NCBI RefSeq assembly: GCF_009914755.1
Contig: NC_060936.1
Reading direction: 5' to 3' (one strand)
From: the human T2T-CHM13v2.0 reference genome, Homo sapiens
DNA length: 64,000 nucleotides
Below, one piece after another: positions 14,801 to 28,948 of this stretch. Made by a program: the position numbers and the translations under genes. The notes beneath the pieces are model-generated. The model was not told the DNA's origin. It saw nothing but the letters and a program-made list of their open reading frames with translations, and did not search any database. The stretch's first letter is position 1; every line of letters starts with the position of its first letter.

Positions 14801-16034
14801 TATTTTTGTCCATATTAGTATACACAATTCCCTCCAAGATATGTCACTTACATCTGCTAGGTATATGGAGGAGTCTGAGAGTGACCTTATTTTGTCAGCT
14901 GCCACATAGAGCACGATTAGTGCCTCTTACTCCCGCCAGTAGCAGATGGGGCAGATGAGCACCTCTGACCTCACACTCACTTGGGTGGCTTTGGGAACAG
15001 GGTACACCGAGGTCCTGCAAAAAGAGATTAGCTAAAGCAAGTAAAAGATAAAAATCAGCATGTTACAAAGTTGCCAAACACTTCATGTGACCTTTTTGGC
15101 CATAGATACTTTCTGAAAGTATCATTTCAGAAACTAGCCTGTTCTTTCAACGATCATCTGAAAAAGCTACAACTTCTACCTGATGGTTAATGGAGTTTCC
15201 CAGGGTTAAGCAGAACAAGAAAGTTAACTTTCCTTGCATTTGCCAGTGCTGAATAGAGTTCAGAGGAGTCACATGTTTTATATGAATGAGCATGTTATCA
15301 ACTGTGAACCCATGCAAATGTTACCACCAATGTGTAATGGAATTTCTCCCACCGTCTTCTCTAAGGGAGAGGAAGTGTGGGCCCATCACTCACCACTCTT
15401 GCCTGCATGCCTCCTCTGTGCTTGAGTGACCCCTGCTTGGAGTTCTCTGTCCCTCTCCCACCCACCTATCCCTGGTGATGCCCATCAGTTGGCCTAGCTT
15501 AAATGGCCCCTGTTCTGGGAAGCCTTTCCCAGCAATTCCCGGAGGATGTATTGAGCCACCACTGTACTGGGCATGCAGTTTTATTTCAACACTCAACTCT
15601 CTCATCACCTAAACCACGAGTTCCTTCCTCTCATGCACAGCTCTAACCAGTAAATGGCTAAATCCTGTGGGACTGGCCCTGGACTTGCAGTCCATGGGCT
15701 GATTTCTGACCTTCTACCAATGTCATTTCACTTTAGATGTGTCGTCTATAAAATGATGATGACCGAGCTTCCTTCAGGCTTTAAGAAGATTCCATGAGCC
15801 ACAGTGGGGGCAAGTCTATTTGGCAGAATGCACAGAATCCACTCAAACCACCTCTCCAGGGACACAGGGTGTGTTGTAAAGACACAGAGACTTCTCCTGG
15901 AGCCCAAGAAGAGTGTAGGCAGGTTTCAGGAGGGGCAGGGATCGGGAACCAGAAAACCCTCAGACACCAGGCAGCTTCTCTCACACACATGCTCTCTGTA
16001 ACACGCCTACGACCACATGCACTCATAACACACA

Positions 16035-16170
16035 GCCATCTCTGTACCTCAATTTCCTCATCTGTAAAATGGAGATAATATTAGGAACCTATCTCATGGG
16101 GTTGTTGTATTAAATGAACTAATGTATGCAAAGTTCTTGCAACAGTGCCTGGAACGTAAGGAAGTGCAAA
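16035..16170 (+). mobile_element. MIR SINE (3' half)
   Basis: cctcaatttcctcatctgtaaaatggagataata...acagtgcctgg. Confidence 0.8.
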
Positions 16171-16209
16171 AAGAAGAAGGAAGAAGAGAAGGAGGAGGAG
16201 GAAGAAAAG

Positions 16210-18125
16210 GTATGTTAAAGGGATGCAGAAACCAAACTGAAAGAGCTCTGAACGGCCCAAGCTGTAACATTTTGAGCAACAAAATAAACAACATAGTATT
16301 AGATTATAACCCAAAATATAATGTATTTATGAGTCCACATAGATGTAAATAAATGATTGAAGAAACAAATAAATGGGAAAGAAAAAACAAATCTTTCTTA
16401 TAAATTCCAAATATGTGTAGCTCCAGCACCAGCCATGAGATGGAGCTCAATTCCCCTCTCCTTGCATGTGGGCTGGACTTAATGACTCACTTCCAAAGAA
16501 TAAAGCATGGAAAGGGATAAATAGTAACTTCACAGGGAAGAAACCTGGAAGAACCCACTTCATCCAAATGATCAATGTTATTACCACCTGTGAAAGTCGT
16601 GTCGATGTCACGCACCCCCAAAACGATGCGATGAGGAGAGGACTTCACCTCTGTAGTGTTCTTCCCAGAAACCATTAAACCCAATGTATCCATACAGAAA
16701 ACATCAGAAAAATGCAAATTGGGATCATTCTATAAAATACAGGCCTACCTCGGGGATATTGTGTGTTCAGTTCCAAACCCCATTATAAGTGAATATCACA
16801 ATAGAATAAGTGACCTTTTTTTATTCCTCAATGCATATAAAAATCATATTTATATTATACTCTACTATAGTCTATTAAGTGTGCAATAGCATTTTGTTTT
16901 AAAAAAAACCACATGGGCACCTTAATTTTAAAATATTGAATTGCTAAAAAATACTAACGATCACCTGAGCCTTCACCAAGTTATCTTTTTGCTGGTGGAG
17001 GGTCTTGCCTCCGTATTGACGGCTGCTGACTGATCAGGGTGGTGGTTGCTGAAGATTGGAATGGCTGTGGCAAGTTCTTAAAATAAGACAACTATAAAGT
17101 TTGCCATATTGATTAATTGTTCCTTTCATGAAAGTTTTCTCTGTAGCGTGCAATGCTGTCGGATAGCATTTTACCCACAGTGGAACTTCTTTGGAAATTG
17201 GAGTCAATCTTCTCAAAACCTGCTGCTATTTTATCAATTAAGTTTATGTAATATTCAAAATCCTTTGTTGCATTTCAACATTTGCTGCTTCACTTTGCGC
17301 TTTTATGTTACAGAGACAGCGTCTTTCCCTAAACCTCATGACCAACCTCTGCTAGCTTCCAACTTTTCTTCTGCAGCTTCCTCACCTCCCTCAGCCTTCA
17401 TAGACTTGAAGAGAGTTAGCGCCTTGACCTGCATTAGGCTTTGGCTTGAGAGAATGTCATGGCTGGTTTGGTCTTCTATCCAAACCACTCAAACCTTCTG
17501 ACTATCATCAACAAAGCTGTTTCACTTTCTTATCATGTTTGTGTTTGTTGCAGTAGCACTTTTAATTTCCTTCAAGAACTTTTCCTTTGCATTCACAACT
17601 TGGCTAACTATTTGGCACAAGAGGCCTAGCTTTTGGCCCATCTCAGGTTTTGACATGCCTTCTTCACTAAATGTAATCAATTCTAGCTTTTAATTTAAAG
17701 TGAGAGACATGCAGCTCTTTCACTTGAACACTTAAGTGCCATTGTAGGGTTATTAATGGGCCTAATTTCAATATTGTTGTGTCTCAGGGAATAGGGAGGC
17801 TGGAGGAGAGGCAGAGAGAGGGAGAAACAGCTGGTTTATGGAGCCATCAGAACACACATGAGAATTACCCAAATGTAACACAGAGATAGAAAATCAGCAC
17901 ATTAGCTTAGTGTAAAAACTGGTGAGATCCAAATAAAGTCTGAAATTTAGTTAATAGCAAAGTACCAGTGTTAATTTCTTAGTTTTGACAAATGTACTAT
18001 AGTTATCTGAGATGTTAACATTAGGAGAAACTGGATGAAACACATACAGGCATTCTCTATACTATCTTTATAATTTGCTGTAAATCTAAAATTATTCCAA
18101 AATAAATTTTATTTAAAAAATTAAT
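16210..18125 (+). mobile_element. L1MC-type 3' end, split by a Tigger1 insertion (host pieces ~16210-16739 and ~17903-18125)
   Basis: gtgggctggacttaatgactcacttccaaagaat; gttaatttcttagttttgacaaatgtac...tgtaaatctaaaattattccaaaataa. Confidence 0.75.
16740..17902 (-). mobile_element. Tigger1 (pogo-family) DNA transposon, internally deleted and truncated
   Basis: TA then caggcctacctcggggatattg, the Tigger1 terminal repeat; ctttttgctggtggagggtcttgcctc and gactgatcagggtggtggttgctgaag match the transposase 3' region in reverse. Confidence 0.88.
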
Positions 18126-18564
18126 ACTAAAATATTTTTTAGAATTACCTGGCACATAATAACTGCTCAGTGAATGTTGGCTGTTATTATTACTCTCCCT
18201 CATCTCCCATTCTCTTGGTAAGTCTGTTTCTTCTCACTCACCATCCTGCAGCTTGGCTTTCTGCTTTTCAGGCACATGGCAGAGAATGGGCGTGCCACAG
18301 CTCCGTACCTATACAACTCAGTTCATGAAACCAGCAGAGATTGACTAGCATTGCTGAATCTGAATTCCAAATTCCCAAGAGAGAAAATCCGATTGGTCCA
18401 GCTTGGGTCAGGCCTTCTCCTATGGTCTAATTGCCTATGGCTGAGGGCAGGGGTCATGGAGTAGTACATACCTTGCCACGGGGACTTATTATTTTGGAAT
18501 AAGAACAGGAGGGTCTCAGAACAGGAGTTCATGAATGGGACAGACATTGGAAAGCTGTCTATCT

Positions 18565-18765
18565 CAGCAATGCTACAGGAAGTGTGGTCCATGGGCCACA
18601 GCATCAGCATCACCTGGGGGTTGGTAAGAAACGCAACTTCTTGGCCTCGCTCCAGAACTTTTGAGTCAGAGCCTAGAAGGAGAGTGATGAGGGGGGCGTG
18701 AATCTATGTTTGAAGACAAATTCTCTGAGTGATTCTTATACATGCCAAAATTTGAGAAGCATAAT
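18565..18765. mobile_element. MER5A hAT MITE
   Basis: gtgtggtccatgggccacagcatcagcatcacctggg...gtgattcttatacatgccaaaatttgagaagca. Confidence 0.75.
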
Positions 18766-18869
18766 AGCACAGGATTATTCAGTCCATGACAAAGAAAAAA
18801 TCACCTTAATGACATCTTCTAAATATGCTAGAGGAGAATTAGACTATGATATATTAATATAAATTAGAA

Positions 18870-20030
<1,161 letters not shown>

Positions 20031-20299
20031 AAACCATTTTTTAAAATTTCTAATGTGTTTTTTTCCTGATTCCCATTCCACTGGCAGGCAGAAAAAGATC
20101 TAGACAGATTGTCAATTTTAACCACAGCCAGAACTGGCCTTAGCTCAAGCATCATTCAATTTAAGACAACACAAGGGTTGTCTCTGGCCCCCTCAAACTC
20201 CTTTCCACCAGCCTGTTTCTAATTCCTAAAAAGTCACTAGTAGACAGTTATTTCTGCTGGTTAGAGATGAAGGATGAAACAGATGCTGTCATGAAAGTA

Positions 20300-20770
20300 T
20301 GATGCTAAGATCCTACACAGTTCTTTGGGGAAAGATGATTTTTCAATGTCACCTAGCACCCTCTATATTTAGTTACCATAATGATGAAGACACCATTTCT
20401 TACTGCAGTTGAAGTCCATTTCCCCTTAGTCGGGCCTCTGTTGAGGTGGAGAATTATGGCAGTTATCCTGGTGGGGTATAAATACAAGACAGCTATCACA
20501 TCACTTCCAATCTTTCTCTTCTCTAGGCTAAAGACCTTTAAATGCTTTTTCTCTTTTTTTTAAAGGAATAATGTTCTAGCCTTTTAATCACTCATGCTGC
20601 ATTTCTCCAGTATTCACTCCTGTTTCTCCTCACTTGTCATAATTGTGGGGTTATGAACTACAGAAAGTACTCATGTTGGGGGCAGACTAACGTCAACTAA
20701 AGTGGACAGTGCATTCCCCAGCTCTCATGTATTACGTTCCTCTTGGCACAACCCAGTATGGCTTGGACTT
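20300..20770 (-). mobile_element. L3/CR1 LINE fragment
   Basis: ...gaactacagaaagtactc...ttcctcttggcacaacccagtatggc resembles reversed L3 ORF2 consensus; highly diverged. Confidence 0.5.
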
Positions 20771-21797
20771 GAAATAATTATGTTTTCTTAGCTTTCAACC
20801 CAAGCATCTGTTCCAGATGGCCCTGGAGCACAGGAGTCGTGCTGCTCATGGTTAGGGGCTTGCCCTAAAAGAGTCAGTCATTAGTCTCCTTCATAACACA
20901 GAGGGCTGATTGTTGTGATTTAACAACAAACCAAATGTTTGTCATCACAATCCTGAGGAAAAATGATGAGTCACAGTGCATTTAAGAGAAAGTTCCACTT
21001 TGCCTCCCAAAAGGGCTCAGACTAAGTCCTTTGGTTTTATATATTAGGTTGAAACATTTGCAGTGGATTTTTGTAAGTAAGAAATAATAAAAAAGCAGCA
21101 ATTTAATATTGTTCAATCTAGTCCAAAAAAATGAGCAATAATTCACAGGCAGCCACATAGACTGTATACAGCATTTCTTCAGAAACACGGCCTGAGCTGA
21201 CCAGGAAGAACAGGCAGGTGCCATATTGGTTTCATTACAGAGTTTGAGAAAGCCCCCTGCCTTTTGGAAAACCTTCCCTACCTGTCTGCATAGGGTTGAA
21301 ATTCAACTTGCCCTTTTGGGGATCACTGACCTCTTTAAGGATCTGCTAAAAGCTATGGACCCTTGACATAGTAATTACTACGAAAACATAATTACCACTG
21401 AAATTAATAGTATATTATTTAGCCAGCATATAGATCATATATGCAATACTCATAATCTTAGACCTTTAGCACAAATAAAAAAGGCAAAATATATTTTTAA
21501 AAAATAATCCACAAGACAATCACTATTACAAACTAGAAGCCAGCAATGCTCTGACAGCAGATCTTTGTGTGAGATAAGCCAAATATACAACTGCCCAGAA
21601 TGCAGTGTGGTAACTCACATTTATTGGCATTCAGTGGCTTGAGAAGTTCCTGAATCCAAATTGGTCTTCATAGGTACTAAGAAATGCCTCTTACACGAAA
21701 GTAGGGAGCTTAAGTGATATATTCTGTAAGGTTGAATTGTCTCAACTCAAATAAACATATACTGGGGTATAACTGAATTTGTCAAAACTTAGGAAAC

Positions 21798-22107
21798 AGC
21801 CACATATGGTGGTTAATGCCTATAATCCCAGCACTTTGGGAGGCTGAGGCAGAAGGATCTTTTGAGCCTAGAAGTTGAAGACTAGCCTGGGCAACATAGC
21901 AAGATCCTATCTCTACAAAAAATAAATAAATAAATAAAAATTAGCTGGGTGTGGTGGCACATGTGCTGAGGCAGGAGGACTGTTTGAGCCCAGGAATTTG
22001 CAGCTGCAGTGGGCCATGACTGTGCCACTACACTCCAGCCTGGGTGACAGAGTGACACCATCTCCAAAAAAATTGTTTTAATAAAAATAAAGAAATAAGT
22101 ATCTTTA
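21798..22107 (+). mobile_element. Alu (AluJ-type) with an internal deletion; TSD aaaacttaggaaacag/aaaacctaagaaacag
   Basis: Dimeric Alu, J-type motifs, degenerate TSD. Confidence 0.92.
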
Positions 22108-22230
22108 AAAACCTAAGAAACAGAAGAGCTCCCTAGGATCCTATGGTGCTAAGCTTGGAAACAAGACCTCTTACTATTCACTATCCGTCAGACCAGCCTT
22201 CGGTACACAGGAGGTCTAGAAACTTTAATA

Positions 22231-22677
22231 TGAAACTGACTCAATAGTCCTATAGACAGGTTTAAAAAAAGAAAACATAGAAATTGACCCTTCTTGTCTT
22301 AAAGCTTGAAACTTACATTTGTTGTATCTGAATTTTTTTCCTCAGGAAAGGACCCCAGCCTCTCAAAAAGTATCAAAGAACCAAAACGCACCAGATCATG
22401 GCACCCAAACAATAAAATGCCAGGTCCCTCCTGCATCAGGATTGCTTCCTTGCCCCTCCCTAGTTCCTATTTTCTTACACATAGTTACATTTCTTCCTTG
22501 CTATATAAACCCCTAATTTTAATTGGTCAGGAAATGGATTTGAGATTGATCTCCCATCCCCTCAGCTGCAGCACCCAATTAAAGCCTTCTTCCTTGGCAA
22601 CACTCGTTGTCTCAGTGATTGGCTTTCTGTGCAGCAAGCAGCAGAACCTAGACCAAACCCCTTGTGTTTCAGTAACA
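22231..22677 (+). mobile_element. Solo LTR, LTR47-like (ERVL)
   Basis: TG...CA termini (tgaaactgac...cagtaaca), TATA-like ctatataaacc, attaaa poly(A) signal; matches the remembered LTR47 consensus. Confidence 0.75.
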
Positions 22678-23769
22678 AGTAGACACCGACTGGTATTCAG
22701 GGACAGGTCTGCTTTGGAGGCACGAGGCAGGGAAAGGACCATCCTCTTCTTCATGTCAACCCCACCCTGCAGAAGTAACCACCTTTAACAACACAATTTA
22801 AATTGTGTGTTTTACCTTGTCTGAATCTTATATACCATAAAACAGGAAATGAGGCATAAAGTTGACTTTTTATGCAACAATTTCTCCTTTTAGACCCACT
22901 CTAAATTTTGTTTCTCTCTTTCTCAGCATTTGTTTCATGTTTTATATTAGGGTTTTCTATCTTCTCCAGATATAATTTCCTGTGGACTACAACCATGTCT
23001 TACAATCTTCACTGCTTAGCATCATCTCTGGCATAAACTGAACACTAAAAACTTTTTTGAGTGAATAAATATAAACACATGAAAGATATGGACCCTCATC
23101 ATAGTAATTAATATCAAAAGTTTACTAAAATAAGCATTAGAAAAATATAAAGCATTTCCTATAGCCCTGTCATGCTGAGATGTCCTTGAGAGATTTCATT
23201 TCAGGAAAAAAAGGCAACAATATTTTAAGTGGCATTAATGTTTTAGCAATTTCCTTTCTTCGCCAAGAGGTGTCATCTGGCAGGCAAGGGAATATCCCAC
23301 TCTCTCCTTGCCTAGTTAAAATGTGTGGCTCTCCTGAGGAGAAGAAAGTAACATTTGGCAACAGATTGATAGATTTAAACACCAACTAATAGAAATGGTA
23401 TGTGAATAAGTCAGCAACATCTACCCCTCACTTGTGTATTAATTGATATGTACAATGCACTCAAAAACACAGCTGCTAAAGGTCTTTTAGGTTAAACACA
23501 AAAACATTATGACTCTCACCATTTTTTTCATTTAACAGTAATCTGATTTCAGCCACAGCAGCACATTAAAATCCCACTTCTAGAAAACCTCTTCCTGTCA
23601 TCTTTTTCTCTCCAGGGCACTTGATGTACCACTTTAAAGAACCCCACTGTTAGAATGAACGCCTCCAGATATCATTGTCCATTGAAGCTAGCTTAAACAG
23701 ACATGGTAAGTTGAAAATACATTGTTCAAACTTGTATTTTAAATAAGTGCATTTTACCAATAAACATAC

Positions 23770-24390
23770 GAATAAATATTCAACCTCATGGTAACCAGTG
23801 AAATACAAGTGAAATCTAAAATGAGATCATATATAAGCCTGTTAAGATGGCAGGAAAAAATAGGTACTATATGTAGTGTTTTCAAGAGTTTTGGGAGTTT
23901 AAACTGAGCTTTTGTGGCAATTTATTAAACTGGTAAAAAGCCTTTTAAAAACCACATGCCTTCTGACCCAACAGTTACACTTATAGGAATTTATTATGAG
24001 AAAGCAATTAAGAATGTGGGTAAGAGATTCAACAGTAAGAATGCTCATTGCAGCACTATAGCAAAAAGATGGAATCTACTTAACTATCCAATAATAGAGG
24101 ATTTATTGAGTACATTATGGCACAATGAAACACCATGTAGCCATTTGAGAAATGTTATAGACATATCTTTATTGACTTGGAAAGATGTGTATGCTACATC
24201 TTGAATGGAGAAACCAGTTCACAGGAAATTGAGCATGGTGAGAGATGTACGAAAAATGTATACTACAAAATAGATGCAGTGATAATATAGCTCTAAGATA
24301 GAATTATTTTTTAATCTAATTTTGGCTTATTTGATTTTATGATTTTTCTGAAATAAATGTGAATTCCTTGTATAATGAAAGTTATTGAAA
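23770..24390 (+). mobile_element. Old L1ME-type 3' fragment
   Basis: catgccttctgacccaacagttacacttataggaattta, actatccaataatagaggatt, ttattgacttggaaagatg. Confidence 0.65.
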
Positions 24391-24791
24391 AACAAAATGC
24401 ATTACGGTGCAGCTCACATGCCAATAAGCCAAAAAATCTGATAGCCACTGAAATCTGATAAAGACTGAGTACATCCCACAAATTCCCTTATGTTAGGGAT
24501 GATGACATTATCTGAGACAGTTGCAGAATCCATGTGGGTGAGTTCTACCCTGTTATCAAGGCAAAACCCTAGGAATAATCAGTGGCTTTGAGCAGTATTG
24601 GAGGGTGAGCCTTTCCACCCTCCTTGAAGCACTGTATTCCTTAAGGGTTTCAGTTAAGTTCTTGAAAGTCACTCTCTAAAAGCACAATAATGCTTATAGC
24701 TTTTCACTTGAAAAATTAATGAAATTGCATAAGAAAATAATTATACCTTATTCTGTGAGCATGGAGATGAAATACAAAGACTCAGATCATT

Positions 24792-25430
<639 letters not shown>

Positions 25431-25480
25431 GGTTTTTATGGGGGGTTATTAAGACAAATATTTCTGTGGCTAGATGCTGG

Positions 25481-26015
25481 TGAGAGAAGAGAAAGGAAGA
25501 AACCAGTCAGGCAGGTAGTTAGGGTGGGTCTTTGGTTGAACTCTTTCAAACAAAAGAACAGCCTCAAAAATCAAGCTGCAGGCACAGGGGTGCTTGCCTA
25601 AGACATGCCCACAGCCGCACAGATAAGAAAGGCTACACAGGTGACTTGCCCAGACACGCCCACAATGGAAAATTCCATCCCCTGACACATGCACAGTAAG
25701 GCAACAAAGTAATATGGAATAACTTAAGCTAAGAGCCTGCATGCGCTTTAGGAAGACCAGAAATTTGCACCTTATGCAGATGAGATGCCCAGCCCTCACT
25801 GGTTTCTTATAAAAGCCTTTGCATTCAACTGCAAAAACAGCAACCCTCTTTCAGGCCCCCTCTCCACAGCAAAGAACTTTCTTCTTTTGCTTATTAAATT
25901 TGCACCCTTAGTGTTTGTGCTCCTTAATTTTATTGGTTGTGAAACAAAGAACTTGGGGTGATGACTCAGGCAACGAGAGACTGCTACATTGTGGTGCATT
26001 GGCAAGGCTGTAACC
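25481..26015 (+). mobile_element. Solo ERV1 LTR, MER61-like, with 4-bp TSD ctgg
   Basis: Starts tgagagaagagaaaggaagaaaccagtcagg; TATA-like cttataaaa; attaaa; ctgg at 25477-25480 and 26016-26019. Confidence 0.75.
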
Positions 26016-26109
26016 CTGGGCCTATTGAGTGTAAGCTCTGTGACTTTCATCTGGGACAATTCAGGGCTTAACACAGCAGACTCTTGGTGTTTGTTAAGTG
26101 AATTGTGCA

Positions 26110-26555
26110 TCCCTCAAATTATTCTTACTCTTTGACTCACTAATCTAACTCTTTTGAATTTATTCTGGGGAAATCATTCAAAAGAATAAAAGAATTGAAG
26201 GTATCCATTTTTCAAAGCAGTATTACTAATAATGAAGAAAAATCGGAAATAATTCACACATCAAAAAAAAGGAGAATGGTTAAATAAATCATGATATAGC
26301 AGTGGTATGAAACATTATACCATAGCGAAATATGATGATTCTGAAATCTATGTAGCAACATGATAAATTAATAGAATGTAATAGATAAAAGCAGAGGGCT
26401 GAATTGTAGATGCACTATGAGTTACTGCTCTAAAACATGCAGCATATGGGCAGGAAACTCAAAAGATGAAAACAGTTGGCATGTTAGAGGGTGGAACAGT
26501 GGGCGTTTTTTTTTCATTTATTGTTTTCATTATACTGTTTTACAATAAATACAAT
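26110..26555 (+). mobile_element. Old L1ME-type 3' fragment
   Basis: ggagaatggttaaataaatcatgatatag and related L1ME 3' motifs. Confidence 0.55.
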
Positions 26556-27436
26556 TCATCAGAGAGATAGGCAAAGTTACCATGTGGAACAACAAAGACA
26601 TTGGGCGTTATTGTTCTTGAATTTCTCAGTAAGAGCAGAGTTCTATCGAAATGGGTGATGGGAACTACATATTGGGATGCAGGAAGGGAGCCAGGAAAGG
26701 CTTGGAACTGCAGGAATTTCTTGTAAAGCTGCCTCAGGGCGCCAGGGCAACATCAAATGGAGACGGAGGTAGATGAAGGAAGAGAAAGCGCCAACATTAC
26801 AGAGAAAGCAAAACACTCAGAATGAGGCCCTAAAGACCAATTCCTTCTTTGTGACAATCTTGGCTGTCCTTTCTCTCCTTGTCTTCTGTACCAATAGGAG
26901 GGGAGGGACAGGAGCTTAGTCCAACACCCTGCTCCTTCATGCCCAAAAAACATTTTCTTTTAATGGAAATGCCTTAGAAACAACTCATTATATAAATGCT
27001 GGGGGCTGGGGGCCACAACAGCACTTTCATTGTCCTCCAAGACAATCTTGTCATGAGAGTCAGCCTGGGCTACTCGTCTTCCTCCGGGGCTCAGCAAAGT
27101 CAGAGTCAAGACGGCATCACAGACAGAGGAACGACCAGAACTGAGAATCAAACAACCTGCAATCCAGGCCGGGCTTTGCTCTGTTTGGCACTTTGCCCCA
27201 GGACAGTTCCTGCCCTCAGTTTTCCCATCCAGAAAATAACATGGTTGGATGAGAATTTTGACGGTCTCAAGGAGCCTGCCAGAGGCAATATTCTGAGGGT
27301 TTAAATGTTTTCTAAATCTGTAAAATACAATTTATTACATATCTATTTCAGGGCCCAGAGGTGGCATGCCATGAAGTCACAACCATGCTAACAGGGACTA
27401 TAAATCTGAATGTCTTTTGTTCAGGCCGGCTGTCTT

Positions 27437-27441
<5 letters not shown>

Positions 27442-27477
<36 letters not shown>
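27442..27477. repeat. (TG)18 microsatellite
   Basis: Perfect TG run. Confidence 0.98.
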
Positions 27478-27478
<1 letters not shown>

Positions 27479-28733
27479 CTTGCATTTCTATAATCATTGA
27501 AAGTTTATAAAGCATATCCATCCAAACCCACTATCACCCATTGTCGTTCCAAGGATTGTAAACACCCATTACTAATCTACTTTACAGTTGGAAAAACAGA
27601 AGATAAAGCCATTTAAATGGCAGAGTCAAGGCTCCAACCTAGGTTTTCAACTCTCAATAGAACCTTCTATTTATTGTAAATTGGGGGTGTCGGGAATTAG
27701 AGCAACAGATGAATGTTTATGGAGAGCCAGATATACTAAGGACAAGAACTTTGGAGAAAGACAAGTATATACAAAAAGGAGGAAAGAAACTAAGCCAAAG
27801 AGAGAGTCCAGAGAGGAAATCAGGGATGTTAGGGTGGCCCAGCAACAAAAAGACCTTGACTAACCTCAAGTTTTGTTTCCCAAGGGTTCGGGACATTTGA
27901 TGAGCCAGTGACAGAGTCCTTATCGAATGGGTGATAATTTTGCAGAGGCCTCCTGTTGATGGAAAAATTGAGCACACGTTTTAAAAGCCTCAGTCTTTTC
28001 CTTTTCACATTTAATTTAACAACCGTGCAACATGTTCTGTTCTGAATCAGACACCTCATTGTCCCTTTGTTCAAAGGAGGAAATTAAAGTCTAGGAAAGA
28101 AGACAAGCTCTGATCTGCTGATGTGTTTTCTATTTGGCCATAGAAAGGTCATTAAAATGCACTTCCAGCACCTGCAGGAACATTTACATTTGAGGTAAAG
28201 TTAATTTACTTCTCTGCCCACTGATTTTCATTTATTTCCATCTATTAATGAGCTATACTCTTGTGGTCTGCACTAGTACCTCACTCACTATCACCACAAA
28301 CTTTTGATAAACTCACTCTAAGATTGACAAAGCAAGATGTCTAAGGTAGCATACTAAGGGGAAGCACTAAAGCACAGAACAGTCTGTATAACAGATCCTT
28401 TTTAAAGTAGGTACATCAGCTGTATCCTAGTTCTCTGGCCTTTTGGGGCCACCGGTTCCTTTGGTATCTAATTAGAACAATTCAAGCCTCCATCCTTAGA
28501 ATGGTAGCCCCCAAATCCCAGTGACCTCCCTGATATTTCTGAAGATTATCAGTGAGTCCAGGCTTATACCAATCTCCACCCTGTAAAGACATCCTTTTAT
28601 TTTATCATTCAAAGCAGCATAGTGCTTCTTAGGCACAACTTCACTGTGGACTGGGCTCTGCACCTTCTCTCTACATTTTCAAAAACCCCACAAAACGGTT
28701 TCATCTTCCCAAGAAAATAGCAGTCTCTTTCTA

Positions 28734-28818
28734 TTAGGTCGGTTCGAAAGTAATCGTGGTTTGGTTTTTGCCATTACTTTTAATGGCAAAAACAGCAATT
28801 ACTTTTGCACCAACCTAA
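28734..28818. mobile_element. MADE1 (Hsmar1-derived MITE), palindromic, TA TSD
   Basis: ta-ttaggtcggttcgaaagtaat...gccattacttttaatggcaaaaacagcaattacttttgcaccaacctaa-ta. Confidence 0.93.
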
Positions 28819-28948
28819 TAGAACCATGGGCTCACACTGCTAATGGCTTTTGAAAGATCGAGTTTTTCCATCTCTGCTAAAACTATATACAGAGCTAGAA
28901 AATGAAGATTACATTTACATAAAAGACAGTTTAGAAGGCTCCCAGTCC

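Noticed and set aside
20950-20975. GGAAAA plus TGAGTCA (NFAT/AP-1-like), and AP-1/ETS motifs at 7339-7376
   Set aside because: Short motifs expected by chance in 64 kb
22306-22788. 160-aa ORF
   Set aside because: Spans a solo LTR, non-ATG start, no homology recognised
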